A DNA stretch of 64,000 nt, from sequence record SRR22947725_1140. One strand, given 5' to 3'. Positions 40,788 to 52,137 of this stretch are shown in pieces. The notes beneath the pieces are model-generated. The model was not told where the DNA came from and did no database searches. It saw only the letters and a program-made list of their open reading frames with translations. The position numbers and the translations under genes were made by a program. How positions within the stretch are numbered: the first letter of the stretch is position 1; the number at the start of each line of letters is the position of its first letter.

Positions 40788-41334
40788 GAGACCTTTTTGC
40801 TAAAATTCTTTGCAAAGTTCTACGATGCATATTTAGGCGCCGAGCCGTTTCACTAACGTTCCTGTCACACAGCTCATAGACACGTTGAATATGCTCCCAT
40901 CTCACACGATCAGCGGACATTGGATTTTCTGGTGGTGGTGGTAAACCATCAGCAACTGCTAATAAAGCATTAGTCACATCATTAGCGTCGGCTGGTTTTG
41001 ATAAATAATCTGTTGCACCAATTTTTACAGCTGCGACCGCCGTAGCAATAGCCCCATAACCTGTCAATATGACTACCTTACAATCTGGACGCTTATCTCT
41101 TAAAATTTCGACTACATCTAAACCATTTCCATCAGTTAAACGGAGGTCCACCACAGCATACGCAGGAGGACGAGCTGTTGCTATTGCTTTACCAGCAGCA
41201 ATACTATCTGCTGTTTCTGGCGAAAATCCACGTTTTTCCATCGCCCTAGACAATCTTCTTAGGAATGGTTCATCATCATCAACGATTAATAATGAGTTAT
41301 CTTTGCCAATTTCGTTTAAAAGTCGTTCAACCAT
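40780..41334 (-). CDS. regA: RegA/PrrA/ActR redox response regulator
   Basis: LLIVDDD, VVDLRL, LTGYGAIATAV, PENPMSADRVRWEHIQRVYE and NVSETARRLNMHRRTLQRILAKRSPR. Confidence 0.97.
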   Translation of the reverse strand: MVERLLNEIGKDNSLLIVDDDEPFLRRLSRAMEKRGFSPETADSIAAGKAIATARPPAYAVVDLRLTDGNGLDVVEILRDKRPDCKVVILTGYGAIATAVAAVKIGATDYLSKPADANDVTNALLAVADGLPPPPENPMSADRVRWEHIQRVYELCDRNVSETARRLNMHRRTLQRILAKRSPR

Positions 41335-41414
41335 AATTATCTCCTCCCACAACCTTAACACTGTTTCAAGGAAAATAACTCAATAATTCTATCGTAATTT
41401 AAATGCTGTTGTAA

Positions 41415-42032
41415 TTAGGTCTTTTTCAAGTGGCATGAAATAGTTTCTGCTATTTTTTCAGGAGAGTCCTCTCGCCTAAAAAAATCAACAAAACCTTTTT
41501 GAGGGGTCAAGAAATAAGTGAACGTTGAGTGATCTACTAGATAATATTCATCTTCAGAAACCTGTTTTTTATAATAAGTCCGATATGCTATCGAAGCTGC
41601 TTTAATTTGTTTTAAGCTCCCCGTTAGCCCAAGCATCTCCGGATGCATTAGGTCTGTAAATTCTTTAAGCACCTTAGGAGTATCTCTCTCTGGATCAATT
41701 GTAATAAATATTGGCTTTATCCGTATACCTTTTGCAAATAAAAGCTCTGTGGCCTCTGCGTTTCGCATAACATCTATGGGGCATATATCAGGGCAAAAAG
41801 TATATCCAAAGTATACCAAGACCGGTGCATCTATTACATCTGTGTTGCTAACTAACTGTTCGTTTTCATCTACTAAATTAAACTTGCCTCCAATATTTGC
41901 TTTACCTGAAATATTTCCCAGCGAGCATAAAGTGACCTCGTGGTAATATTTTTTATAAAAAATCACTCCATTAAAAGCCAGTATCACCAATATGATTAAA
42001 CCCGCAGACAGCATAAGGTAATTCTTTTTCAT
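41415..42032 (-). CDS. senC: SCO family copper chaperone SenC/PrrC
   Basis: FGYTFCPDICP (CxxxC), ITIDPERD and YLVDHSTF; lies between regB and regA. Confidence 0.94.
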   Translation of the reverse strand: MKKNYLMLSAGLIILVILAFNGVIFYKKYYHEVTLCSLGNISGKANIGGKFNLVDENEQLVSNTDVIDAPVLVYFGYTFCPDICPIDVMRNAEATELLFAKGIRIKPIFITIDPERDTPKVLKEFTDLMHPEMLGLTGSLKQIKAASIAYRTYYKKQVSEDEYYLVDHSTFTYFLTPQKGFVDFFRREDSPEKIAETISCHLKKT

Positions 42033-42124
42033 TTTTAGTCTCCAATTTAGATACAATTAGTTGATCGACAACCTTTCTACGAGTATCATTCTCTTATTAT
42101 GATTTTTAAAAATATTCCAACTAA

Positions 42125-43522
42125 ATGAGTATGAATTATGCAAGCATTTATGCACAGAGTGCCCGGAGTGGCCTTGTACGTCTTCGGACTTTAATAATAC
42201 TCCGATGGCTTGCAGTGATTGGGCAAGTTACCGCTATTCTCATTTCAAAGTTCATTATAGGACTCCAGATAGATCTTAAACTTTGTATATTAGCAATTGT
42301 AGCCTCAGTTTTTATAAATTTATTAGCCACATTTATTTTTCCTAAAAATCGTCGATTACCAGAGCGCGATTTCTTGGCAATGTTACTCTTTGATCTTATT
42401 CAGTTAGCTGTTTTACTTTACCTGACTGGCGGACTCAACAACCCGTTTTCAATTCTTATTCTAGCCCCTGTCACAGTATCGGCAATGACCTTACGCCCGT
42501 TTTCAACTTTTTTTATCAGCGGCTTAGCAATCATTTTAGTAAGTGTACTCGCTTTTGATCACGTACCATTAATTATGCAATCAGGCATAGTTATAAAGCT
42601 TCCATTTTTATTTACTGTTGGGTTTTGGACAGCATTAATGATTGGGATAGTATTTTTAGCATTTTATGCCAGGCGGGTGACTTCAGAAACACATTTAATG
42701 AGTCAAGCACTCCTCGCAACTCAAATGGCCCTAAGTAGAGAACAAAAACTTACTGATTTGGGTGGCGTCGTCGCTGCTGCAGCACATGAATTGGGAACAC
42801 CACTAGCAACAATAAATCTTGCTAGTACTGAATTAATAGAAGACTTAAAAAATAATAAGGAGTTAAGGGAAGATGCAAAATTAATTCGTGAACAAGTGCA
42901 AAGATGTAAAGTGATTTTAGATTCTATGGGGAGAAGCGGGAAAGATGATCTGCAGATAAAAATAGTTCCTATTACAAACCTAATAGAAGAAGCTGCTGAA
43001 CCTCACTCAAAACGTAATAAGGTAATTAATATTACTCACACATTCCAAAAGAACAAAAGTGAAAGTATTCCCAACATTCATAGACAGCCAGAAATAATTC
43101 ATGGGTTAAGGAATTTAATTCAAAATGCGGTTGATTTTGCTAAAACTGAAATATGGATTGATACTACTTGGAATGAACGCACAATTAGTGTACAAATTTG
43201 CGATGATGGAGATGGTTATCCCGCTGATATATTTGGAAGAATTGGTGACCCCTTCATAAAGAGGCGAGATACTTTTATATCTAAAGATTCACACCCTGAA
43301 TATGAAGGTATGGGTTTAGGTCTATTTATTGCAAAAACACTACTAGAACGATCAGGAGCGCAAATTTCTTTTTCTAATGGCTCCGATCTCAAATACAAAA
43401 AGAAACATAACGATCAATTAAAAGGCGCCATCGCAGAAGTAACTTGGATCCGCAGTATTATCGAAGATTCAAACCAAAATAAAATGATTGGATTGGGAGA
43501 AAACCAACAATTTGAAATTTAA
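42125..43522 (+). CDS. regB: RegB/PrrB/ActS redox sensor histidine kinase
   Basis: GGLNNPF quinone-binding motif, AAAHELGTPL H-box, redox Cys in QRCK, NAVDFA and GMGLGLFI. Confidence 0.96.
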   Translation: MSMNYASIYAQSARSGLVRLRTLIILRWLAVIGQVTAILISKFIIGLQIDLKLCILAIVASVFINLLATFIFPKNRRLPERDFLAMLLFDLIQLAVLLYLTGGLNNPFSILILAPVTVSAMTLRPFSTFFISGLAIILVSVLAFDHVPLIMQSGIVIKLPFLFTVGFWTALMIGIVFLAFYARRVTSETHLMSQALLATQMALSREQKLTDLGGVVAAAAHELGTPLATINLASTELIEDLKNNKELREDAKLIREQVQRCKVILDSMGRSGKDDLQIKIVPITNLIEEAAEPHSKRNKVINITHTFQKNKSESIPNIHRQPEIIHGLRNLIQNAVDFAKTEIWIDTTWNERTISVQICDDGDGYPADIFGRIGDPFIKRRDTFISKDSHPEYEGMGLGLFIAKTLLERSGAQISFSNGSDLKYKKKHNDQLKGAIAEVTWIRSIIEDSNQNKMIGLGENQQFEI

Positions 43523-43578
43523 CTTCTGTTAAAAAAATTAATCTAGCAATTTATAAAACTTTCTAAAGAAACAACTCT

Positions 43579-44088
43579 ATGAATAAATCCAATTTACAGC
43601 TTGGGATATCCATCCTGCTTTCTTCAGAAGATAAAACAAGCCTTCTGGCAAGACAAATAGCTGATAGTAGTTCCACCGGCACAACAATCTTACTATCTGG
43701 AGAGATAGGAGCTGGTAAAACCTTCTTTGCACGAAAATATATACAAAAACTTTTATCAAAACATGGAGTTATTGAGGATATCCCATCACCTACGTACACA
43801 CTAGTACAAACCTATCAAACTCCAGATTCAGAAATATGGCATGCTGACCTTTATCGACTTCCTTCAACAGACGACATAACCGAACTGGGTCTTTCAGAGG
43901 CTTTTGGAAATGAAATTTGTATCGTTGAATGGCCAGAAAAATTAAAAAACTATCTCCCTGCAAATGCAATTTATATTAATTTTAAGTATCATTCGGATAC
44001 CACTCGAATCTGTAATATAATGTGTCATGATAAAGAAATAATGAATGGTTTAAAATTAATAATTAAAAAGTTTAAAAATGAACTCTAG
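43579..44088 (+). CDS. tsaE: tRNA threonylcarbamoyladenosine biosynthesis ATPase
   Basis: GEIGAGKT, SPTYTLVQ, HADLYRL and IVEWPE. Confidence 0.95.
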   Translation: MNKSNLQLGISILLSSEDKTSLLARQIADSSSTGTTILLSGEIGAGKTFFARKYIQKLLSKHGVIEDIPSPTYTLVQTYQTPDSEIWHADLYRLPSTDDITELGLSEAFGNEICIVEWPEKLKNYLPANAIYINFKYHSDTTRICNIMCHDKEIMNGLKLIIKKFKNEL

Positions 44089-45097
44089 TCGCACAAAGCT
44101 TACAAGTATTTTTCTTTCTCAATCATCGTGGAAAAATGCTAAACGCACTTCGATACAAGGAGATGCCTCAAGGAGACAATATGAGCGCTTAACATGTAGT
44201 ATGAAAGGCACTTCAATTCTAATGGATGCTCCGCCAGAGCATGGAGAAGATGTAAAACCATTTGTAAAAGTATGTAAATATTTTCAAAAAATTGGATTAA
44301 GTGTACCAAAAATCTACGAAAGTGACATTTCAAACGGCTTTTTAATATTAGAAGATTTTGGAGAAAATTTATTTTCCAAAATGTTAATTAACAAACCTAA
44401 CAATGAGCTAGAGTTTTATATAAATGCCACTGATAATTTAATCCGTTTATATCATTCTACGCCTTTAAAAGGTCTTGATGTTTATAATTGTTCAGACATG
44501 GTCAATAAATCACTTTTAGCTTTAGATTGGTATTTAGAGTACGGTTTAACGGAGCCACCCAATGTTACTTTAAAAACTGAATTTTATAAATTGCTGAATG
44601 CCTCTTTAATTAACATAATGAGCACCCCCCACATCATGGTTCACCGCGACTTCCATGCAGAAAATTTAATTTGGTTAAATCACAGAAAAGGTTACCAGCG
44701 TGTTGGGATATTAGATTTCCAAGATACAATGCTTGGACATCCCGCTTATGATCTTGCATCATTGCTTAACGATATTCGACGAGAGGTAAATCCAGAAATC
44801 AAACGTAAATGCTTAGAACATTACCTTTTGAATACTAAATTAAACGTCGAAGACTTTGAGCATGGGTTTTCTGTTTGTAGCGCACAACGTAACCTACGTA
44901 TACTAGGTGTTTTTACTCGATTATCAGTAAGAGATAATAAGAAAGGCTACTTAACATTTATTCCAGGAATTTGGAGGAAGCTAATTGAAGATCTAAAACA
45001 TCCTGCTCTAGGAGATCTTAACTCACTAATTAGAGATTTTTTTCCAGAACCAAATAATGACGTAATCCAAAGAATAAAAAACTCCCATGTATCCTGA
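44078..45097 (+). CDS. amgK: Aminoglycoside phosphotransferase-family kinase, AmgK-like (anomeric MurNAc/GlcNAc kinase)
   Basis: GDASRRQY, LMDAPP, LEDFG, HRDFHAENL, LDFQD and QRNLRILGVF; upstream of a MurU-like gene. Confidence 0.8.
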   Translation: MNSSRTKLTSIFLSQSSWKNAKRTSIQGDASRRQYERLTCSMKGTSILMDAPPEHGEDVKPFVKVCKYFQKIGLSVPKIYESDISNGFLILEDFGENLFSKMLINKPNNELEFYINATDNLIRLYHSTPLKGLDVYNCSDMVNKSLLALDWYLEYGLTEPPNVTLKTEFYKLLNASLINIMSTPHIMVHRDFHAENLIWLNHRKGYQRVGILDFQDTMLGHPAYDLASLLNDIRREVNPEIKRKCLEHYLLNTKLNVEDFEHGFSVCSAQRNLRILGVFTRLSVRDNKKGYLTFIPGIWRKLIEDLKHPALGDLNSLIRDFFPEPNNDVIQRIKNSHVS

Positions 45098-45776
45098 ATT
45101 AACAGAGGTAATGGTATTTGCTGCGGGTTTTGGTACTCGAATGGAAAAACTGACTATTTCCACTCCTAAACCACTAATAAAAGTAGGAAGTAAAACCCTA
45201 ATTGATCATACTTTATCATTACTACAAAAACCTTCTATGACAGCTATTGTAAACGCACATTATAAACATGAGCTACTAACAAAGCACTTAAAAAAATATT
45301 CAAATGTTACAGTAATTGTTGAAGAGCCAAATATTTATGAAACAGGTGGGGGACTTAAAAATGCTCTTCCAATAATGAGAAATAACACTATCTTTACTCT
45401 AAACTCTGACTCTATTTATAAAGGCAAGAACCCATTAGAGATTTTAGAAAAAGCCTGGGACCCTACATATATGGAGGCTCTGCTCTTACTTGCTCCACAA
45501 GAAAAAAACCTTGATCATCCCCAAAAAGGTGATTTCTCTTTAAATAAGGATAGCTTACTAAAGCGAAACAACTCAGGTTTGATCTATACAGGAGCCCAAA
45601 TTATTAAAACCAATCGCTTTTCGAAAATAAATCTAACAAACTTTTCTCTCAATATCGTTTGGGACAACATGATCTCAGACAGAACAATATATGGCCTAGA
45701 GTACTCAGGAAGTTGGGTCGATGTTGGAACACCTATTGGCATAAAAAAGGCTGAAAAACTGTTAAAAATATCTTAG
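45087..45776 (+). CDS. murU: Nucleotidyltransferase, MurU-like
   Basis: FAAGFGTRM...PKPL, ETGGG, NSD and WVDVGTP. Confidence 0.8.
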   Translation: MYPELTEVMVFAAGFGTRMEKLTISTPKPLIKVGSKTLIDHTLSLLQKPSMTAIVNAHYKHELLTKHLKKYSNVTVIVEEPNIYETGGGLKNALPIMRNNTIFTLNSDSIYKGKNPLEILEKAWDPTYMEALLLLAPQEKNLDHPQKGDFSLNKDSLLKRNNSGLIYTGAQIIKTNRFSKINLTNFSLNIVWDNMISDRTIYGLEYSGSWVDVGTPIGIKKAEKLLKIS

Positions 45777-45793
45777 TGGATACGTGAACTGAA

Positions 45794-48742
45794 ATGTTTA
45801 AAAAAACTGAAAAATCTCATTTTTTTGGGCTTCCTCCAGGGGTGGATTTCCCCAAGGAATTTGTATGTGGACTAAGAAAACGGTTAGAGGGTAGTTCTCC
45901 TGAAGCAATGGCAGAAGTCGAAATATACGTTAACTCAAACCGTATGCGTCAGAGAGTAAAGGACGAATTAACAAATTCTTATGCCACTGTTTTACCTCGC
46001 TTGTTAACCCTAAATGATCTATCAAATGATCCAAGTTTTTCAAAAATAAAACTTTCAAGGAACTCATTAGGTATACGTCTTGAGTTAGCACAATTAATAT
46101 CAAAATTTATTGAATTAGAACCTGATATGGGATCTTCTAGCTCTTCCTTCGAGTTAGCAGATAGTTTAGCAAATTTAATCCAGCAGCTTCATGAAGAAGG
46201 TTTGTCACCAGACAGCATAGTGAATTTGGACGTACAAAATTACTCCCAATACTGGGCCAGAAATAAAAAGTTTTTTGAACTAATCAATCAATATTTTGAT
46301 CTTAATAGCATCGTTACCGAAGAGCGGCGTCAAAGGATGGTAATAGACCTTTTAGAGGAAAAATGGATCAAAGATCCCCCCCTAAATCCAATTATAATAG
46401 CGGGCTCGACAGGTTCACGGGGAACAACTCAAAAATTCATTAAACTTGTAACAAAACTTCCGTTCGGTGCAGTAATTCTTCCAGGTGTCGACTTTGAAAT
46501 GTCAGACCTTGTTTGGCATACTCTTGGAGATTCTAAATCTTCAAGTTCTTCAAGCGAAGATCATCCCCAATATCGTTTGAAATCACTTCTATCAGGAGTA
46601 GGAATTAAATTTTCAGAAATCGATAAATGGACTGAAACGAGTCCCTACAATGAATCAAGGAACAAACTTATTTCTTTAGCTCTACAACCAGCTCCTGTAA
46701 CTGATAGTTGGATAAAGGAAGCCCCAAAACTAAGAAATATATCTACTGCGACTCAAGGTATAACTATCCTTGAAGCTCCATCAGAGAGACTTGAAGCTCT
46801 TTCAATTGCTCTTAAGATAAGAGAGACATTAGAAAATAAAAAGTCATGTACCGTAATTACCCCTAATAGGCTTTTAGCAAGAAGAATATCCGCAACATTA
46901 AAACAGTGGCGTATTGAAGTAGATGATGCAGCTGGAACACCCTTATCATTAAGCGTGTCCGGTAGACTCTTTCTAAAATCTTCAAAGTTAATAGGTAAAA
47001 AAATAACTTCTGAAAGTTTTTTGGCACTCCTAAAGCACCCACTTGTTTGCTTAGAAACACGAAGAGCACACCTTATGAAAACTAGAAACTTAGAGTTATC
47101 TCTACTGCGGGGAAAAGCAAAGTTTCCAAATAAAAGTACTATCCTAAGCTGGGCTAGAACCTTAGATGACAAAAACGATACAGCTAACTGGGTTACTTGG
47201 GTGTTTGCTTGTCTGGATAATTTAACCAATATTGAAAATCAAGCACTAGAGAAATATATTAGTATTCACTCTGAAATAACCAAACTCTTGATCAAAGGTC
47301 CAAACGGTAACGAAACAAAAACCCTGTGGGCCACTGAGGATGGCAAAAGGTTGTTAGAGGTAATTAACGAATTAGAAGATGCGGCAATTTGGGGCGGGGA
47401 AATGAACCCTAACCAATATGTCAATCTGATCTATCACATCTTAGGTAAAGCTATAGTTCGTACATCCTTCATTTCCCGTCCAGACATAATGATTTGGGGC
47501 ACTCAAGAAGCTCGAGTCAATACTTCAGATCTTGTAATTTTAGGAGGCCTCAATGATGGAGTCTGGCCACCAACACCCAATCCCGACCCATGGATAAACC
47601 GCCAAATGCGGCGCGATGCAGGCTTACCTTTACCTGAACGCCTCATAGGCCTTTCAGCACATGATTTTCAGCAGGCAATTGCTTCTTCAGAAGTTTGGCT
47701 TACAAGATCAAAACGAAACTCAGAATCCGAAACTGTACCATCCAGATGGCTAAACAGGTTGTTTAATTTACTAAGTGGTCTTCCTAAAGGTGAACACTTT
47801 CCTTTAGATGAGATGAGATCGCGTGGGCATTTCTGGTTAAAACTAAGTAATGAGTTTGAAAAACCACACGAACAAACTAAACCTTCAAAAAGACCATCTC
47901 CGCAACCACCAGTTTCCAGTAGACCAAAGAAATTGTCTGTAACTCAAATTGAACGTTTAATTCGTGATCCTTATGCGATTTACGCTAAGCACATTCTAAA
48001 ACTAATACCATTGAAGCCCATTAGTGTTGCCTCAGACGCAGCATTGCGGGGTGAGGCAATCCATAGAATAATGGAGCAACTTATAAAATCAACATTACAC
48101 CAATGGCCCGATCAACCACAAAAACTTTTGGTAGATATTTCCAAAGAGGTTTTAGAAGTTTTTGCACCCTCGTTATTTTTAAGGGTAGCCTGGCAGAAAA
48201 AAGTTAATAGTTTTTCGGATGCCTTCATGGCTTCGGAAGGTAATAGACGCAAAGATACAAAGCCTATCCTAACTGAGGTCAAAGCAGAAATAGAAATTGA
48301 AAAGTTAAACTTCATTTTAAATGGCATTTTTGATAGGGTAGATGAGAGATCAAATGGAGAGTTAATCATCTATGACTATAAAACTGGCTTGATACCTTCG
48401 GAAAAAAAACAGGAGTACTTTGACAAGCAATTACAACTTTTGGCGTTAATTTTAGTTAAAGGGGGAATAAAAACGTTACATGGAAAGGTGGTAAAAGAGG
48501 CGTATTACATCGATTTATCGTCTAGATTAAGAGATCAGAAAAATGCTCTAGATGGCAAAGATTTAATTAAAGTTTTTGATAATTTTTGTACCCTTATATC
48601 AAGTTATCACGATAGATACCGTGGTTACTCTGCAAGGCGCGCTGTGTTTGAAACCCGGTGGGAGGGTGAGTATGATCATCTTTCTAGGTTTGGTGAGTGG
48701 GACCATACTCAAAAGCCTGAACCAGAGTTAGTTGGCGAATGA
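45794..48742 (+). CDS. addB: Double-strand break repair protein AddB
   Basis: PPGVDF, AGSTGSRG, EDHPQ, LSAHDF, LSVTQIERLIRDPYAIYA and DRVD..IYDYKTG nuclease motif. Confidence 0.95.
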   Translation: MFKKTEKSHFFGLPPGVDFPKEFVCGLRKRLEGSSPEAMAEVEIYVNSNRMRQRVKDELTNSYATVLPRLLTLNDLSNDPSFSKIKLSRNSLGIRLELAQLISKFIELEPDMGSSSSSFELADSLANLIQQLHEEGLSPDSIVNLDVQNYSQYWARNKKFFELINQYFDLNSIVTEERRQRMVIDLLEEKWIKDPPLNPIIIAGSTGSRGTTQKFIKLVTKLPFGAVILPGVDFEMSDLVWHTLGDSKSSSSSSEDHPQYRLKSLLSGVGIKFSEIDKWTETSPYNESRNKLISLALQPAPVTDSWIKEAPKLRNISTATQGITILEAPSERLEALSIALKIRETLENKKSCTVITPNRLLARRISATLKQWRIEVDDAAGTPLSLSVSGRLFLKSSKLIGKKITSESFLALLKHPLVCLETRRAHLMKTRNLELSLLRGKAKFPNKSTILSWARTLDDKNDTANWVTWVFACLDNLTNIENQALEKYISIHSEITKLLIKGPNGNETKTLWATEDGKRLLEVINELEDAAIWGGEMNPNQYVNLIYHILGKAIVRTSFISRPDIMIWGTQEARVNTSDLVILGGLNDGVWPPTPNPDPWINRQMRRDAGLPLPERLIGLSAHDFQQAIASSEVWLTRSKRNSESETVPSRWLNRLFNLLSGLPKGEHFPLDEMRSRGHFWLKLSNEFEKPHEQTKPSKRPSPQPPVSSRPKKLSVTQIERLIRDPYAIYAKHILKLIPLKPISVASDAALRGEAIHRIMEQLIKSTLHQWPDQPQKLLVDISKEVLEVFAPSLFLRVAWQKKVNSFSDAFMASEGNRRKDTKPILTEVKAEIEIEKLNFILNGIFDRVDERSNGELIIYDYKTGLIPSEKKQEYFDKQLQLLALILVKGGIKTLHGKVVKEAYYIDLSSRLRDQKNALDGKDLIKVFDNFCTLISSYHDRYRGYSARRAVFETRWEGEYDHLSRFGEWDHTQKPEPELVGE

Positions 48743-51700
48743 CTACCTCAGAGGCAACCCGGCAACAAATCCGAGCTTCAGATCCTGATACCTCTACTTG
48801 GTTATCAGCCAATGCTGGGTCAGGGAAAACCAAAGTATTAACTGATAGAGTGGCTAGGCTTTTGTTAAATGGTACTTTGCCAGAGAGAATTTTATGCCTT
48901 ACATATACAAAGGCTGCGGCAAACGAAATGCAAAATAGACTATTTTCACGGCTTGGAAGTTGGTCAATGATGTCCGATACCGAGTTAAGAGAAAACCTTT
49001 TACTACTTGGGTTGTCTGACAGTAATATAAATGAAAAATACCTTTCAAATTCTCGACGCTTGTTTGCTCAAGCAGTTGAAACACCGGGGGGTTTAAAGAT
49101 TCAAACTATCCACTCTTTTTGTTCATCCATGCTCAGACGGTTTTCGTTAGAAGCAAGGGTATCACCATCATTTACAGAAATGGATGGGCGTGTTGGTAAA
49201 AAAATTAGATTTGAAGTATTAGAAAATATCGCCGAACGTAACGCAGATATGTTCGATAAATTTACAACTCATTTTTCAGGAACAGAGATTGATAGTATTT
49301 TATTAGAAATAATTAAACATAAAGAGACGCTGGGTAAATATATGGGGTCAGAAGAGATAAAAAAAATCTTGAACATTCCGGTAAATATAAAAAATAAAAT
49401 CGATACAGTTAAGCTAACCTTTCCTGAAAAAAACGAAGAGTTGCGAGAGCTAACTAGCTTTATACAGTTAACTATAAAGGTCTTAGGGAAGCAAAGCCAG
49501 GCTATGCAAGCTCTTGCAAGTAAACTCTCAAACTTAAACTTAGTGAAGCCAGGGATTGAAGATATAAATATTTTATTCGACTGCTTCCTTTACAAGAATG
49601 GTCCAAATTTTTTACCTCAAGCAAAGTATAAATCTATTCCCACTAAAAAAGCTCAGGAGGCACTAGGGGAAGACCTCTCAAAACTTAGAAAGTTAATGGA
49701 AAAAGTAGCTATTACCCTAGAGATGCAACTTAAACTAAAGTCATTTGAAAAAACAAATGCTCTTCATTTGTTTTCTGTTAAATTTTTAGAAACACTAGAA
49801 AGAGAAAAGGAAATGAGAGGTTTGCTGGATTTTGATGACCTGATCCTTAAAACAATAAACCTTTTAAAAAATCCAGCTTTTGCAAATTACATTCTATATA
49901 GGCTTGATGGCGGTATTGATCATATTCTGGTGGATGAGGCTCAAGACAACTCTCCAAAACAATGGGAAATTATTCGCTTATTAACTCAAGATTTTGTTTC
50001 TGGTGAAAGCGCTAGAGCAGAATTAAATAGAACAATTTTTGCAGTTGGCGACAAAAAACAGTCAATATACTCATTTCAAGGTGCAGATCCAAATTCCTTT
50101 GATAGTATGCAAGAATATTTTTCTATTGCCTTGGGTGCTATCAGTAAGAATATTCAACCTCTTAACTTACTTCACTCTTTTCGGTCATCAAAACCAATTT
50201 TAAACTTAGTAGATGCAAGTTTTAAAGATATTTTTTTTGAAAGAGTAAATGACAAACCTAGTCATCTTCCATTTAAAGAAAACCTTCCTGGAAAAGTAGA
50301 TCTATGGGATTGGATCAACGATGAGAAAGATGAATATGATACTCTGTGGTATGATCCTGTTGACACAATAGGAAAGAAACATCACTCAATTAAACTGGCG
50401 AACAAAATTGCAGAAAAAATTCATAATCTGATAGATTATGAACAAATCATTCAGGTAGATAGCAGTAAGATCTCATCTGAGGTGAACACAAGACGAATAG
50501 AGCCGGCAGACTTTCTAATTTTGGTTCAAACTCGCTCCACATTATTTCATGAGATTATACGATCCTGTAAACAATTTAACTTACCGATAGCAGGAATAGA
50601 TCGACTAGACCTTATGAAAGAGCTTGGAGTTAAAGATTTAATCTCTCTTTTATCATACTTAGTTACCCCCGAAGACAACCTATCATTAGCTGAAGTTTTG
50701 CGTTCTCCACTTTGCAATCTTAGCGAGGACTCTCTTTTTAAGTTAGCATATAGTCGAAAAAACCTTCACCTCTACGAAGTTTTAAACAAAAGAAAGGAAG
50801 AGTTTTACGAAGTTTGGGAAATGCTTAATGATTTAAGAAATAAAGTCGATTATATGCGCCCTTATGAAATTTTAGAGTGTATATTGACCTTACATAATGG
50901 ACGAAGAAAGTTTGTTTCACGGTTAGGCTCTGAAGTAGAAGAGGTTTTAGATGTACTTTTAGAGCAAGCAATAGAATATGAACGTACGGAGGTGCCTAGT
51001 GTAACAGGGTTCCTGCAGTGGATATCTCAAGAGAATACAACTGTAAAAAGATCTCTTCACGCAAGTGAAAATAAAATTAGAATTATGACAGTCCACGGGG
51101 CTAAAGGCTTAGAAGCACCCATAGTAATACTTCCAGATACTGGTCCAAAGAAAAACACTTTAAGAGATGAAATTCTTACTTTAAAAGGGTGTCCAATCTG
51201 GAAGGCAAACTCTGAGAAAAGATCTTTAAGCGAACAAAACTTTATCGACAAGGTTCAAGAGCAACAGGCATTAGAGGAACTGAGGCTTTTATATGTCTCA
51301 ATTACAAGAGCTGAAAGCTGGTTAATAATTTGTGGATCCGGTTCCCTTCCTAATCCAACAAACCCTTGCTGGTATCAGCTACTTGAACAAGGCATGACTA
51401 AGTTAAATGCTCAAATTAATAAAGTTGACACGGGTAAAAAACTTACACACCTAGAGTGGCCCAATAAATTACATAAAAAAAATAGCTCTTCAAAAAAAAT
51501 ATCTGCAAAATTGCCAAACTGGTTGACAACAAATGCTCCTAAGGCGTCTGATCGCATCACTAGTATATCACCCTCGAAGCTTGGGTTAAATAAATCTATC
51601 ATTGGCCCTGAAACAGAAAAATCAAATGAACAGATACTTTCAGAGGGAAGTGGCCTTCACTTGCTTTTAGAACATTTACCAAAGGTGTCTTTTGACTCTT

Positions 51701-52137
51701 ATCAAGAAAAAGCTCGAGATTTATTGTCAGGTTTTAACCCATCAACAATAAGCAGTCTAACTAAAAAAGTTATACAAATTTTAAATAACAAAGATTTGAA
51801 TTATATTTTTCATAGTAAATCTTTTCCTGAGGTAACTATTTCTGCCAAATTTGAGTTTCTAAAAAATCAAAAAGTTATAGGTGTAGTTGATCGTCTGGTT
51901 TTTATGCCACATTATATTTTAGCAGTCGATTTCAAATCGAACATCAGAGTTCCTGAAAATATAAACAATGTGCCCATCGGCATACTCCAGCAGATGGGGG
52001 CCTATCAAGAGATTTTAAAAAAAATATACCCAGATACACCTATCCAAACTGCAATCCTTTGGACTGAAAAAGAGCATCTTATGAAGTTAAATCAATTGTC
52101 GGTAAAAGAAGCTTTCATAAATGCTACTATCTCTTGA
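48739..52137 (+). CDS. addA: Double-strand break repair helicase/nuclease AddA
   Basis: SANAGSGKT, LTYTKAAA, LVDEAQD, VGDKKQSIYSFQG, MTVHGAKGLE and DRL...VDFKSN. Confidence 0.96.
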   Translation: MTTSEATRQQIRASDPDTSTWLSANAGSGKTKVLTDRVARLLLNGTLPERILCLTYTKAAANEMQNRLFSRLGSWSMMSDTELRENLLLLGLSDSNINEKYLSNSRRLFAQAVETPGGLKIQTIHSFCSSMLRRFSLEARVSPSFTEMDGRVGKKIRFEVLENIAERNADMFDKFTTHFSGTEIDSILLEIIKHKETLGKYMGSEEIKKILNIPVNIKNKIDTVKLTFPEKNEELRELTSFIQLTIKVLGKQSQAMQALASKLSNLNLVKPGIEDINILFDCFLYKNGPNFLPQAKYKSIPTKKAQEALGEDLSKLRKLMEKVAITLEMQLKLKSFEKTNALHLFSVKFLETLEREKEMRGLLDFDDLILKTINLLKNPAFANYILYRLDGGIDHILVDEAQDNSPKQWEIIRLLTQDFVSGESARAELNRTIFAVGDKKQSIYSFQGADPNSFDSMQEYFSIALGAISKNIQPLNLLHSFRSSKPILNLVDASFKDIFFERVNDKPSHLPFKENLPGKVDLWDWINDEKDEYDTLWYDPVDTIGKKHHSIKLANKIAEKIHNLIDYEQIIQVDSSKISSEVNTRRIEPADFLILVQTRSTLFHEIIRSCKQFNLPIAGIDRLDLMKELGVKDLISLLSYLVTPEDNLSLAEVLRSPLCNLSEDSLFKLAYSRKNLHLYEVLNKRKEEFYEVWEMLNDLRNKVDYMRPYEILECILTLHNGRRKFVSRLGSEVEEVLDVLLEQAIEYERTEVPSVTGFLQWISQENTTVKRSLHASENKIRIMTVHGAKGLEAPIVILPDTGPKKNTLRDEILTLKGCPIWKANSEKRSLSEQNFIDKVQEQQALEELRLLYVSITRAESWLIICGSGSLPNPTNPCWYQLLEQGMTKLNAQINKVDTGKKLTHLEWPNKLHKKNSSSKKISAKLPNWLTTNAPKASDRITSISPSKLGLNKSIIGPETEKSNEQILSEGSGLHLLLEHLPKVSFDSYQEKARDLLSGFNPSTISSLTKKVIQILNNKDLNYIFHSKSFPEVTISAKFEFLKNQKVIGVVDRLVFMPHYILAVDFKSNIRVPENINNVPIGILQQMGAYQEILKKIYPDTPIQTAILWTEKEHLMKLNQLSVKEAFINATIS

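Noticed and set aside
42060..42074. FNR-like box (TTGAT...) in the senC/regB spacer
   Set aside because: The second half-site is not ATCAA; only a short GTTG-N5-CAAC dyad is present.
45794..52137. Helicase-nuclease pair as a defence system
   Set aside because: These are standard AddAB repair genes in their conserved tsaE-amgK-murU-addB-addA-trxA context.
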